Positions 12,570 to 26,553 of a DNA stretch of 64,000 nt are shown here, piece after piece (the first letter of the stretch is position 1; the number at the start of each line of letters is the position of its first letter). The notes under the pieces were generated by a model that made no database searches, was not told where the DNA came from, and worked only from the letters and a program-made list of their open reading frames with translations. The translations under genes were made by a program, and so were the position numbers. The stretch is from Podarcis cretensis. Lineage: Eukaryota. Location of the stretch: contig OX638152.1 in assembly GCA_951804945.1 (NCBI GenBank), positions 43,958,001-44,022,000 on the forward strand, in the 5' to 3' direction.

Positions 12570-13106
12570 TGTTACTGTGTTCATAATAACTTGTCATAAG
12601 AGCTCACAGAGGGGGAATGGGTATGTGCACACCTGTCCACCCCATGTACTCCAGTTGTGCACACATTATCCTTCACCTTCCTGTGTTCAATAGAAATATC
12701 TGAAGGGGGCATGCCACCTCAATCTTTGAGTGGTGCAAAATTCCAGGAGTTTTAGGTGCTTACCCAGGCTTTGTGTTTCTTTTAGAAATGAGGCCCAACA
12801 GAGACTGTGTTGCTTTTATAATATATGCTTGATTTACATATATACACAACCTGAGCCTATGCTGGAGGGACTCCAAGCATTACACTATGAGAGAGTCTTA
12901 CTTCTCCCATAGCTGTAGCCTTGGACCCAAACAGACCACAGCAATGGCTCTATCTGCGGCTTGCTGTGTTTACCTGACTGGCACTATTTTCCTACAGCCT
13001 ACACCTACAGCATCCTCAGCTGGCATCCTAAACTCAACTCTGCTTTGTCTCTGCTAACTAGCTAAGAGCTCAGGGCAGGGCTCCACCCATTTTCTGGCTA
13101 GCACAC
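12570..13106 (-). mobile_element. Possible LTR remnant
   Basis: TGT start, CT-rich body, ends ...gcacaca next to the L2; no clear TSD. Confidence 0.3.
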
Positions 13107-13112
13107 AGTCTA

Positions 13113-13509
13113 GTTTCTGAGCACAATTCAAAGTGTTGGTGCTGACCTTTAAAGCCTAAACGGCCTCAGCCCACTATATCTGAAGGAGAGCATCCACCCC
13201 GATCGTTCTGCCCAGACACTGAGGTCCAGCTCCGAGGGCCTTCTGGCAGTTCCCTCACTGCGAGAAGCCAAGTTACAGGGAACCAGGCAGAGCACCTTCT
13301 CGGTAGTGGCACCTGCCCTATGGAACGCCCTCCCACCAGATGTCAAAGAGAAAAAGAACTACCAAACTTTTAGAAGACATCTGAAGGCAGTGCTGTTTAG
13401 GGAAGCTTTTGATGTTTAATAGACTATTGTATTTTAATATTCTGTTGGAAGCTGCCCAGAGTGGCTGGAGAAACCCAGCCAGATGGGTGGGGTATAAATA
13501 ATATTTCCC

Positions 13510-13557
<48 letters not shown>

Positions 13558-13587
13558 CATTATTATTATTATTATTATTATTATTGC
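13113..13587 (+). mobile_element. L2 LINE 3' fragment with expanded (TTA)n tail
   Basis: Homologous to 10200-10600; (ATT)n at 13511-13585. Confidence 0.92.
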
Positions 13588-14214
13588 TGATGTCCCATCT
13601 CGCTCTCTTTGTTCTCTGTTAATGGCTCGTGTCTCAGGCGAGCTCCTGAACGTGGGAAGCTAAATCCAGCAATTAAAAGACTGACTTCCAGTTTAACTCT
13701 CCATTGATTAAATTCTAGCACTTAATAAATCCAGGAATTTAGGGAAATCTGGCATCCACAAACCCTGGCACCCACAGTATGTTTGACTGAACAAGCTTAC
13801 AAACCTGCTCACACTCGAGAACCCATACAAGGCAGATTTCCCAGTCATGGAGAACTTTGCAAATGCATTCAGCCAAAGGCATTTACAAGCCCTTTCAGAC
13901 ATTCCTGCATAATGCAGGAAGCTTTGGTATGGAGCAAGCATGACCAGTATGTATGCGCCTACTCTCCAGTTTAATCTTTCACACATTCGTTTGAACACAA
14001 GAGTATGGCTGCTAAGTATGGTTAGTTTCAACAAGCCAGTTTCATAACCCATGAAACTGAGATGTTTTAAGTCCAGCTGGGTTCAATGGGAGAGAGGTGG
14101 AATGTGCTTATTTTTCCTGGATTGTGCCTTACTTTTTACAATGGCACAGTGGCATGAAAACAAAGTGTCCAAAAAATCCAAAACAAGAGTCCCAATCCTC
14201 CCTGCTCCACATCT

Positions 14215-14569
14215 AAAGGTAAAGGTAAAGAACCCCTGACATTTAAGTCCAGTCGCGAATGACTCTGGGGTTGCGGCGCTCATCTCGCTTTACTGGCTGA
14301 GGGAGCCGACGTTTGTCTGCAGACAGTTTTTCCAGGTCATGTGGCCAGCATGACTAAGCCGCTTCTGGCGCATGGAAACGTCGTTTACCTTCCTACCGGA
14401 GCGGTACCTATTTATCTACTTGCACTTTGATGTGTTTTTGAACTACTAGGTTGGCAGGAGCTGGGACCGAGCAACAGGAGCTCACCCCATTGCGGGGATT
14501 CGAACCACCAACCTTCCAATCAGCAAGCCCTAGGCTCAGTGGTTTAGACTACAGCACCACCCACGACCC
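14215..14569 (-). mobile_element. Sauria (Squam1) SINE
   Basis: aaaggtaaaggtaaag tail and family core. Confidence 0.92.
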
Positions 14570-17500
14570 TCATATAGAAAACAAGAATAGTAGTTTGGAT
14601 TAAGTAGTATTAAATGTTAAAGTTGACTATTAAATGATCAAAGTAATCAAAACAATTTTCGATTATCTGCATGTGTACCATTCATCTGCTACACCGATCT
14701 ATATATGCTAAGCTGCGAGTAGTCACTTGGCATTAAAATAATAAAAGGCAATGATTTCAGCTGTATAGTTCATGGGTTTTGCTTGAAAATGCTGCCAATT
14801 TACTCATGAATAAAGAGCCACTCTTTATTGGACTAAATATATTGTCAAAACCTGGGTAATTTATTCACACTGACAGAGAAAATTATTTTCTAAGTTTCAT
14901 CATTTTAATGCCTGTCTTGATTTGTAAATCAGCAGATAATTCTCTCCAGCTTTTTGAGGCTAGATAAAATTCAAGGGCACAATGTAGTCTTTTACAAATA
15001 TAACTACCAGCAAATTGTTTCAAGCACTATTATTCTTGGTGGGAAAATGAAATAATTGCAATTTATTAAAACAAGTCTGACATTTCCCCTCCAGCTTTAG
15101 TTGCAACAAGGAATGACCCAAGAACACACAAGGACACCACCTTACTGAACCTACGCAGGTCTGAGTTTGGTCCATACCAGGATGGGGAACTTCCTGCAAA
15201 CCACATATATGACACCTTGGTTTTCCAGGGAGGAAGTAAGCTGGGGTCTAAATGAAGATAATAAATAAATAATGCAATAAGTGTATGGCATAGGAGGTTG
15301 AGCATATGAATAATATAAAGTTCCAAAGGGGGGAAAAACAAGTTAGGTTTCCTGCTTTTTGGTGGGGTGGAGTGTTACTTTTTAGTATGCTGGCTGCTCT
15401 GTGGTAATTTCTGATCTAGTTCTATTAACTTCATTGCATTAAATAGAGTAGATAAATCATCAGCTGTTCTGCCTTTTAACTTAAAAGGTTCATGAAGTGG
15501 CTAATATCAGAAGTCAGAAGAAAGTTAATAGATGGTGAACAAAACAAGAAAGTTCAACCTTTTCCATCAAGGAGAGATTCTAGGATTCGAAGTACTAGCC
15601 TCCCTGGCTGCAACATGATACTGTACTATCTGAGTCAGTGGACAGATTCACTCAATTAAGGGCCACATTCCCACGAGGGGCACTGGGATTTGGAACCATG
15701 GCCTCCCTCCTCAGTGGGAAACAGGGCTCCATCGAGGAGCCTGAGTTCACCCACTGCTGCCACCTCCAACTTTTCAGGTCTCATGTAAGTGTTAGCCAGT
15801 GAGATGGAAGAAACTGCAGAGTAAGGCTCTGAGCCCTCCCGAGTATTTTGCATGTGCTCACTTGGAGGATCAGGCCCATGCGGCAAGCAGAGGAATGTTT
15901 GTGCATCCCTGTTAGCAGTATGTTTGTTTTAAATAAATTATTTACGCATTAAAAATAATGCAATTCTAAACTGCACTACTCCAAATCATTTTTTTTTAAT
16001 GCAAATAAAATTTAAATGTTGGCATTTAAAACAGCACACACTGAATCCAATTTGGGTGTTGTGTTAAGATACAAGTTAACACTGGCCCTGGAATGACCTC
16101 ACATTTGTTTCAGACAGGAAAGGAAAATCTTTGGCTAATTCCTCCACAAACGGTAGCTCTTAGGCTGTCTCCTCCCCACTGAGACTTCTCAATAATTAAT
16201 TGTGCTACAGACATCTCCAGTGAATTTCTTCATACCTGCTGGCTGGTTTGTCCTAAGGAAAAGCTACAGGCCAATCCAATTTCACTTTAACTAAATATTT
16301 CAAAGTGAAACAACATTTCTGAGGTCAAAATATTAGGTGTCTCAAAACTGCTAAAAAAACTGTGAAATCACTGACAGCTTGGTAAATGCAGGGAAAAGGA
16401 GTTCCAACCTAGCTGTCAGTAAACATGGATTTACATTGCCTAGGATACAGCCAGACAGCACATTTATTTTAATAACACTACACAGGTGTTCTGAAGGACA
16501 CTGAATGCAACAAAAAAACAATTTAACAAATTGTAACTGAGATGCAAATATGTTCGTTAAAAATATAAACTTTGCTAAAACAAATTCCACCATGAATTTA
16601 TTTGAACTGAGGAGACATGATAAAATAATTCTTTAAAGACGCAGTTAAATCTCTACCATCCTATACTGCATGGGTTTGCTACAGCGATCAATTTGCAGCT
16701 TCTGTCATAAACATGCTCTTATGATGACAGTGCATATATACCATTCTTATTTTCCATTCACAATTTTCCTGCAGCAGTGTTGTACTATTCTCAGAATAAC
16801 TGAAAGTCAGTGTATTATGTTGCTAGCAAAGTGTGACCACCAGCAGCATGCACATTTGAGAGCGTTGAAGAGACAACACAAGGAAGGTCAGCTTATCTTT
16901 GCATATCAGTTTTGTGGAATGTCAAAGGTATCATTTTTCAGGATGCCAGATCTTTAAAAAGCTAATTACAGCATTTATTCAGGAACGGAACAAACCTCTA
17001 TTATATATACCTTTGTTCTCTAAGTCAAAGATAAGCTGTTCTGTATGGAATAAATTTGCTGACTGTATACTAATGACACAAATGTACTTGTACCTGCCTT
17101 AGGTGTTCTATGTAGCTTGAGTGTGTGTGGATTTAATACAAAGAGGTAAAGAACCAGATTTAGGAAACAATAATAAAAATGATAGATTAATATATGACAT
17201 TGTTATTTGTAGCCAAATCTTATTATGATATTGAAAAATCAATCATTGAAGGCTTCCCACTGATTGAATACTTGGTATAGCACTTTATTTTAAAATATTA
17301 TGTATCACAAGTGAAGACATGTAATGATACTTCAATGGCTTAAAAAAAAAAGTCAGGAAAAACAATCCAGTAGGAACAAATGGGAATAATCGGAATGCTT
17401 AAAGCAGCAATTTTTGGAGGGGAGGAGGAACATGTAAAAAGCCTATTTTGGTGGTCCATTCTGAATGTAAAAAATGAAAAGTTTGGTCCTTAATTAGTAT

Positions 17501-18399
17501 GCTAAAATTCAGGGATAAAGAGCACAATTGAAATCTCCACCTGCTGCTAGAACACTTGCTCATTTGGAAACATATAAGAAAGTATATTCATTCAGTTACT
17601 TTCTGTGTGCATGCTGACTCATTCATATACAAAACTAGCATCCAGATTGTGACATTGAGGTTTTATTTTGTTTTTAAAAGAAGTCAACAGTAAATTTATC
17701 TTACTGTGCTTTGATGTATTTTGAGTATGTATTCAGTGCCTTATGGGATGAAAAAGGGCACACTAGCAAACAAAATGCTTAATCAAAGCAGTCATCTCCT
17801 GTTAACATCTCACAACACCAGTGGGTCAGCTGTACTTGATATCAGCCACCTAGGGAGCACCTTCTGTTCAAACCACATATAGCCTCCTTAGTTTGTTAAT
17901 GGTCCAATTTTTAGACTTAATTTTGGGACATTTTTTCACTCGATGCACAGAGTTTACATGTGAAGAGAAAAACATACAGCGATATGCAACTGAGTTTTTA
18001 AGAGTTCATTTCTGTAATACATGGGTACATAACTGAATTAGCATATGACAGGAACGGACTGGTTTGGGGTGATTTGATTAGATTGTTTGAGTTGTATAGC
18101 ATGAGTGAATCTCGAGTTTTTCCACTAGATGAGACAAAGGAAACACATGGATGTCACTTCTTAGAAATCTATGCTTTACTGCACGAAGGGATTTTGTGAT
18201 GGCCAAGATTGTGGCAGGCTAAACTTCTAACTGCAATTAGATGCATTACTGTGATGCCTTAGTATATTTGTAAACGTCTACAGTCTACAGAACAAAAAAA
18301 CTGGGCAATCTTCAGAGTCATTCTCCTGAGGAAGTAACAGAGCAGATGAGGAGAAGCAAAGCTAGCGAGCAAGGAACTTAGATGCAGTAATCTCATTAA

Positions 18400-18483
18400 C
18401 ATAGAATCACAGAACTGTAGAACTGGAAGGGATCCTCAGGGTCATCTAGTCCAACCCTCTGCAATGCAAGAATCTCAACTAAA
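18400..18483 (-). mobile_element. CR1 3' terminus
   Basis: atagaatcacagaactgtagaactggaagggatcc...catctagtccaacc. Confidence 0.75.
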
Positions 18484-18760
18484 GTTCATGTGTTGGTTAC
18501 TTCAAGACTGGATTACTGCAACATGCTTTTTGTAAGGCTTCCCTCACACCTTATCCAGAAGCTACAGCTAGTGCAGAATGCCACAGCACGACCGCAGACA
18601 GGAACAAGGCCTTGTCAACATATAAAACCAGTGTTCAGAGACCCACAATGGTTGCCTATCTTCCACCAGGCCAAGTTCAATGTCCTACTATTAGCATATA
18701 AATCTGTCAACAACTTGGAACCAGTTTACCTACAAGATTACCTTACCCCACTTATGCTCA
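18484..18760 (+). mobile_element. Older L2 ORF2 C-terminal fragment
   Basis: LVTSRLDYCN...KLQLVQNATAR...HIKPV..WLPI..AKFNVLLLAYK. Confidence 0.85.
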
Positions 18761-20599
18761 TGGTTGTGCATCTCTCATAGAAAGCAGCTGTAGGGTCATA
18801 CCAATGGATGCACCCTTGAGATGGGTAGACTTTTAATAGAAGAAAGGGTTGCCATATCCTCACCCCACATCCCAATATTCAACAGAAACCTCTCTTAAGC
18901 AACTGCCTGTTCCATGTGCTGGAACAATCAAAAACTGGAACAACAGGAGGATTCCAGCATTTCTCCCCCCATGCTCACATTTTCAAAAAGATTTCTCAAG
19001 CAGCTGCTTTCCAACTTCTACATGGCCACAGGCAGCAAAACAAATCAGAAAGAGCACCAAACAAGCGGATCCAAGTCCTGAAAATAAGACAGAAGAAGGA
19101 AAAATGCAATAAAGGGACGGAGGAAGAAGCAGCTCTTGGGAGTCGAGTGGCATGGTATCCGAACAGTTCACTTTTAAATCACGAGTCTCAATTCACTCAT
19201 CAGCTAAAACACTCCCAATTTATACCTTTATCAGAAACTGACATGCCCCAAATATCCAAGTATCCCAGATGTTTGTTACTCCACCCCGCAAAAGGGAAAG
19301 AGCATTGTTAACATCAGCGCTGATTGGGAAGTCAGCAGACCCATGAGAAAATGAAAAGTCTCTTCATACAAAGGGGCTTCCCAGAAGCTGAAATTAGAAA
19401 TCTCTCTTTGAATGCAAGGAAAGACAGGACAAGGAAAGATAGGAAACATTAGACTAACATACTCTGGGTAAGAAATGTGATCGTAAAGTAAAAGAGGGTC
19501 ATGCAGTTACACCAAGAAGAATAATGGAGTTTGTTGCTTCCTTTGTTATATATAGGCAAGAATAGAAGACTTGCCGTGGAGAAAATGGTATAGCACAAAA
19601 TAATTTGTCTATAAAAGAAATCAACTAAATATGTGCATTATATCAAAATTCATATTTGGAAAGGCATATGTATCCCCCCACTTCAATGCTATTGGCGGGA
19701 GGGAATAAGTATTTTAGGTTTTTTAAATGACAAGCACTCTTATTTTGGCAGCTGCTAGAATAGGGTGAAGAGGCTATGCTCTTAGAAAAAGGGGAAAAAA
19801 CTCTATGGTTATAGCATAACCCTTTTTATTACAACATAAATGTTTAGTTATTGCGGTTTTCAATATTGTTATTTCAATACTCAGTTCTGTACACTGTATA
19901 TGATGAACCTTGTGCCATTTGTACCCTGTATTTTGTACTTTTTTGGAAATAGCTAAAGCCTATAACTAATACAAATAATAATGTATCATATTGTTATATG
20001 AAAAGCAATTCCAGATATGCATGTTTCCATTCAGCAGGACACTTTCTGATTTTTAGAGCATGTGGATAACCAGCAAAAAACAGTGCATAAATAAATTCAA
20101 CAAACTAAGAGCAACCCCTTCACCCATCTTCTTGAATATTTAACCATCTTCCCTAGACACTGAATAATGTCCTGTTCTGGCCTGGCTGTAAGCCTGAGGA
20201 ATGCTGACAAAAGCCTGGAGGAATCTGACCTTCAGTGGGAATCATCTAGCACCTGGGAGCAGATCGCATTTCTGCAGTATTTGGGAAAGCTTCAGCAGGT
20301 GTGGAATTAATAAAATTAAGAGGCAGGCATGAATGCAAAGGATTGAAGATCATAACTATTTTGGTTTAACATGCATCCTTTAAGAGCAATGAGGAGGGGA
20401 TAATTCTAATTTCTTCAGTCAAGATGGAGCACCCCACGCCCATGGACAGTCATTCAAATTATCACCCCAAAGCACACCTCATCTTAACTAGGAACTGCAT
20501 TTGCTGGTAAGAAAGTATAGCTTGAGTACTGGCTGCTAATTACCATCCAGGATAGACCCAAATGTTCAGTCTCTGTCCCTCAGCTCAGTCCCCCACTAC

Positions 20600-20960
20600 T
20601 GAAGATGTTTTTAATAGCTTATCAGTTGACCCCCCTGGTCTGATAGTGCTGCTGCTTAATGTCAGATCAGTCTGGAACAAGACCATGCTGATCCGATATT
20701 TGATTGCGAATGAAAGAGTTGACCTGGCATGTATTACTGAGTGGAACTGACCTAAATCACACATGCCTGTCCAAGTACTCAGTACAGCACCAGGCCAGAC
20801 TGCAGGGTGGGTGGCCAAAAGGGTTGTTGCCTTTGTCCAAGTCCCACCTCCTTTACCAGAAAAGCTCTTGATCTTGGGCTTAGAAGGTTGCATTTGATTT
20901 TAGGCCAAAGAGATGGATTGGGGGTGCTGCTGGAGCATGGCCCACCCTGGTGGCCAGATT
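20600..20960 (+). mobile_element. L2/CR1-group ORF2 N-terminal AP-endonuclease fragment (degenerate)
   Basis: LLLNVRSVWNKT..I..LI.NERVDLACITEW matches APE motifs I-II (N.RS..NK; D...ITE[T]W). Confidence 0.7.
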
Positions 20961-21979
20961 AGAGCAGAAGAGGCACAAGTCTACAGGACTACAGCCTAAG
21001 GACTTCAAGAAAATCTAGTTACCTAAATAATAGTTTAGACAACAGAAGATTGGGATAGAAAAAACAACAGTTTGTATCGTGAACAAAGAAAAGCAAATAT
21101 TCCAAAAGTATTTGTATAACAATATAACAAACTGCTTATTGCTTGATAATTCAAAATTGTCTGAAAAGACTAACCTTTTTTCACTGATGTGGCAGAAAGA
21201 AATGTTTCTGTTCAAAATTGCTACAACCTAATGTCAATACAATACAATGAATGCAGGCCTGTTTTTGTTCCTCTGTTAAAGAAGTAATAAAACAATGTTT
21301 TTCAATTTCTTATAATGAATCAAGGATGCCATACATAAGAGCTCTTGACGGTGAGAAAACAGCACAGGTCAATGAGAAGTGTGTGCTTTGGTGGGAGTTC
21401 ATGAAGCACATTCATTTACATAATATATCAGATCAAAAGAGTGAGTAAAGTATAAAAAACCCTCATTCTATTACTCCATATTCTACATAAGGAATATTAA
21501 TATGGAGATTGTCATCTTTTATTCCCCCCCCCCTCTAGATATGGTATACATAGGTTTACTGCTTTTCAATTAACAAGTTTCATTTTAAGAATTATGGCTA
21601 AGATCTAGCCTCCTTGAGTGTCCAGAATAAACTTATAAAAATATATATGCTTCCAGACATCACAAACTCCTGTAACATGCTTTCCATAAGTTCATTACAC
21701 TTTGAATAAGAAGTCATTTCTTTTGTTAAAGCTATTACTAGTGATTTCCCTTTAGGTGAACTAATCACCACTGAATTTCTTTGGATGGACCTGAAGCTAG
21801 TTTTTAGTGAGAGAAAACTATTTTTCCCTCTACTAATTATCTCCACACCATGTTTGTAACCCTCTGTGTCTCAATAGTATTTCCATCCATCATGTGACAG
21901 CGCTCTCAGCATGGCAGAAGCTTGTTTCTCTTATTTAGAAATATATATGTACTGCAATGTATTGTTATTTAAGAAAATA

Positions 21980-22130
21980 AGGAGAACATGCTGGATCAGG
22001 CCAGTAGCTCATCTAGTCCAGCATCCTGCTCTCACAGTGGCCAACTAGATGCCCATCAGAAGCCTACAATTAGGATCTGAACACAACTCTCCCCTTCTGT
22101 GGTTTCTAGCAGCTGGCATTCCAAAGTGTG
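21980..22130 (-). mobile_element. CR1 3' UTR fragment
   Basis: Reverse complement of about 49380-49548 (gctggatcaggcca...catctagtccagcatcctg.tctcacagtggccaac). Confidence 0.75.
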
Positions 22131-25100
22131 CTCTCTCTGGAGTTATCAAAAACTCCAGAGGTGTAGCATGAATCCAGGTTCTGTTTCCTTGGAATGAGGT
22201 CAGTTTGAGCTTGTGGAATTTGTGGTATATGGTTTTATTAACAAATGTATACATGTGGTTAAAGGTACAGACAAAATTTAACACCAAGGGATGTTCTAAA
22301 GTCCATTGCTTCTCTTCATATTTCCAAGGGAGTACAACCAGCCCCTTCCTCCCCCCTCCAAAAAAATCTGTTAGCTTCCAGAGTCTCTAATGGAACCTGT
22401 CCTTCACTCTCTGTAAATCCAAAAACTGCTGATATATTGTTCTCTTTTTACATACACATTGACTATGTCACTTCCAGCTGGGGGTGGAGGAGAAACTGCC
22501 TGTCAACTGCCATAGTGTCTTGTCAACTTCCTGAAGAGTCTCCAGCTGTTTCTGTAACAACATATTGCCTTGCCTTACATAACAAAGTAGATACCTAATG
22601 GGCCTGGCCAGGGCTACTTAACAAAAGAAAGGTTTGACTGTTTAACAGTCCTTGTTTTTTCCAGATCCCAATCTTACAACTACAGAATCACATGGTTGGA
22701 AGGAGCTGTGAGAGTCAATCGATTCCAGCCACAATCTTGTAACAATATTCTCTGTCTCTCCTGTTTTCCAGTATATTTATAAAATATTGAGAATATTTAT
22801 GAAATTGAATAAGTAACAGGTATACATAATGTTTTACATGTAACATCTTATGTTGATTGATAATATATACACATTTCAACTGCACAGTAAAATACCCATG
22901 TTTTAGTACATTTTTTAACTATTCCAATTCTACACTGTCCGGTTTTGTTTTGTTTTTTAAATCCCCCAACTACCATCACTCTCTTTGACAGAAACCTCTC
23001 CTAAAGCATCTTTCATTTTTCCTATTAAACCTCTAATAATCTGAGAGTGACCAGTTTTTCTAGTAGTATTATATACAGAGCACATAGACAATACAGCTGT
23101 TCCTCAAATCCTCAGACATATGACTGCAGTTTAAAGAAAAAGCCTTTTATTCAAAAATCATATTTGAATTTGAATACATGAGAGAGACAGTTTTATAAAG
23201 TTTTATACATCTTTAGTATAGCCTTCTAAGGTGAGAAGTCCTAAACACCATGCTTAAAGGTCTAGAAGCCACTCCTTCCACATGCCATTACATAAAATTG
23301 AAGTCATAGGAATTTACCCCATAACTCCGTTTACAGAATGCTAACCAAAATGTTCACATAAATCTATACACTGATCAAAACCTGCCCTGTTCTGCCCTGT
23401 AGCTGGGAGGGAGCGGGAAAGGCTTGGAGGAAGGGATGGATTAAGCCCCTTCTGGCATAGGCCATTGGCCAGTCCACATACCATAAGACCTTGGAAGGAG
23501 AAAGAGGCAGCACCCTTGAAAAGCATATCAAGAAAACCACACTGTCTGCAAAATTATCGAGTTTTGCCATTTTAAAATAGAAGTCAGTATTATCAAATGA
23601 CAGACCTTAGGAACTGTTTCAGATATAGTTCACATTTTTCACAACAGGCATCAAAAGAAGACTAATCAAATCTTATTGCTGATAAAGCTGAAGCAAGACC
23701 ACTGATTTTAATTATTCTGATGTGCTATTTGTAAATTTAATCACAGATGAAGTTTGGCAAATGTTGTATTATATAACTACAAGGAAGAAATCTATTTATA
23801 AACATCACTTTAATGTTATATCATAGTCAATACACATTGCAAATAAACCTATGAACCTAGCTAGACAGATATGTCATGTTTTATTAGGCATTTTTGTTGT
23901 TTGTAAATTCCCAAAATTTGCAAACACCAAAGCCAATACTTTCTTCTTTTCTATACAACATCATTACAAATTAGGTCATTACAAAAAGATGGATTAATTC
24001 CATGCTGCTAACAAGTATATAAGAAAAGAATCCCTCAAATACTAATGCAACTATTGTTCTTTAAAGTTAAAATTATTTTTAAGAGCATTGTGTCCTTGTT
24101 TTTGTTTTGCAGTCTAAAATGTAGACAGTGATATAAGAGGAGCTCCAAGCATGTAATGTTTGCTTTTGGGAAATTTAAGCTGCTGAAAGTCTCTAGCACT
24201 GTCTGCCTGGATGCATCCTCATGCTCAACATTTATATTTCTAAATAAGCAGTATTACAGAAATGCCATAAGCCTCTAGTGTTTTCAGCTCACATATAAAC
24301 TAACCCGTGAAGGGTTGTCCATGAAATTTCCTACTGCTCTAGGAAATATGAAACAAAATTCATATCCTGCCTTTTCATAGAAAACTGCAAGATGGATAAC
24401 AGAAAAAGTATAAAAGAGAATTGGTCTCAGCAGGTCTTAGCAGAGACTAGATTTTTATTTGTCTCCCTCTATCAAAAGGATGGTAGCCTGGTCACTGAAG
24501 GACACTGGGCTAGAAAAAGAATGACCAGCAGACTAAGTTAATATGCCGAGTCTAAAAAGAGAAGAAGAAGGTGTTTTCCAAATATGCAGAGGGGAGATAA
24601 AAATGAAAGTTGCTGAGAAGAAAAATGGCAGGAATGCAGGAATGAAAGTGAAGGTGATTGCAAAGAGGGATCGTTTTAAGTCTGTTACCCAATTACAACA
24701 ATAAAAATGCATAAGGTTCAAAACATTAAAAAGACACTTAAAAGGCAAGAACAGCAGAGATCATAGATATAAAATGACCTTCACAAATAATATTTAGCAG
24801 GTAAGCCTTATAGAATAAAAAATGTCTGTAGCAGATGGTGAAAGACAACCAGAATAGTCATTTAGTCATCATGCAGCAAGGTATTTCACAGCATTGATGC
24901 AGTCCTTGGAAACACCCAGCTCTGTCAAATGACTCCCACCATTGGAGGGCAATAGAGAAGTGCTCCTCAATGTGATCTTAGGAATTGGATGGGATAGCAT
25001 GGGAAGAAGTGATTTAAGACTTTTACAGTAATCACTAACACTTTGAATTATGCCTAGAAAGAATCTTAAGAGCATCTAAGGTTTCCAAAAAAAAAAAAAA

Positions 25101-26002
25101 AAAAAAGGAGGATAATTTAGAATTAGACTAATATGTGACATCTTGATTAAAAATCGTCTAGGCGAACAGATCTATGACAGAGGAATAAATATTTACTACC
25201 TATTTTTGTACCTTTGATTTTCAGCATATTCATCACACACACCAATGTTTACGTTTATTGAGTGAAACCTGTCATGTCTACTTCTACTCTTTGTTATGTT
25301 CATTGTTTTGTTATCGTTAGTGTGGAGATTGAATGGCAGGTGACATTTTATAAATGTAACTAAAGTAAGACATTAATCAAATTAAAGTATCACAAGTCAT
25401 TTGCATTTTAAGTATAACTGAATATGTAACTACGAAAAGAAACTTCAAATTAGAGGGCATCATAAGCTACATTACCAACTTACTCTAATGAATAAATTGC
25501 ATAAATAGTTTTTGAATTCTAATATTCAAGATAAGTATGTTATTCAAAAATACTGTAAAATCTCCAAAATAATTATTCTATGTTAGCTGAAAATGAGACA
25601 AGGCAACAGAAACCTGTGTTGGGTCTGTCTTTAAACTGTGACAAAGAGCAGCTGTATGGCATGGGGAGTCCATCCATTTCACAACTATATCATGCCTTCC
25701 TGCCCCAATGCCTTTCACATCCCAAGACAATCCCTGAAGAAGATGTTATTCTACCACAGAGAAAGCTTGCATCCACAAAGACTGTACTCATAAGTCTTTC
25801 CTAATAGGCAAATAGTATTGAAAGGAAGTTTTCATTTAGAAAATAATAGGGAGCATTTTTTGTGTCCTATTGGGTTCCACTCTCTCCTGCTGTTAGTTTG
25901 GTCCATGAGCCACTCTTCATTGCTTGTGGCTAACTCCTGCCGGCTGATTTTGGGGCTCTAGATTATTTGTTTTGGTTTTTTAAGTGATATATTCCACAAG
26001 GC

Positions 26003-26082
26003 TGAAGCCTGATGTAGGCTGTAGTTCACAAAGCTTAGGCCACAATGGTTTTAGTATTTCAGGTGCTATAAGATCCTTTGTT
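26003..26082 (+). mobile_element. Decayed Penelope-like terminus with degenerate hammerhead
   Basis: gcctgatgtag...ttcacaaagcttaggc followed by ttagtatttcaggtgctataaga, the same layout as 27046-27126. Confidence 0.5.
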
Positions 26083-26553
26083 CAATGTGTCAAACTTGTT
26101 TTGATCTCAAATTGGTTATAAATAACAAATGAGCTTTTTTCTTCCAGCTATTGTGAACTTCTTAAAGAGCTATGCTAATTTATAGTAAGTGACACTGATT
26201 TCCCTATTGTGCCCTAAATTTGTACATCATTTTTGGAAAAGATCTAGCATAAATATAATCTTATTGAATATTCTTGTGGTTAGTACACACACTAGGCAAT
26301 TTAAATTTTGATTATTTCTTAAAAATGGAGTACTTCAGTCTTGCAAAGGTAACAATGTATCATAATTAAATATGTTCATTAACTAGCCAATTCAATTACA
26401 AACACATTTAAATTAAAAAAAGGATTATTGATGTTTCATTCAGGACACCAGGGGCAATATGTATGCTGATGGGTTTGAGTGTATCTAAAAGAGTAAATTC
26501 ATATTAATTTTAATAAAAGTTGGATCCAGGCTTAGTCATGCTTGGAGTTATAT

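Noticed and set aside
15650-15940. GC-richer LTR-like patches (also about 44660-44940)
   Set aside because: No definable TG...CA termini or TSD.
21012-21040. Other AG|GT juxtapositions (minus 21020, minus 12165, plus 24800)
   Set aside because: They lack a good polypyrimidine tract or donor consensus, or lie within repeat remnants.
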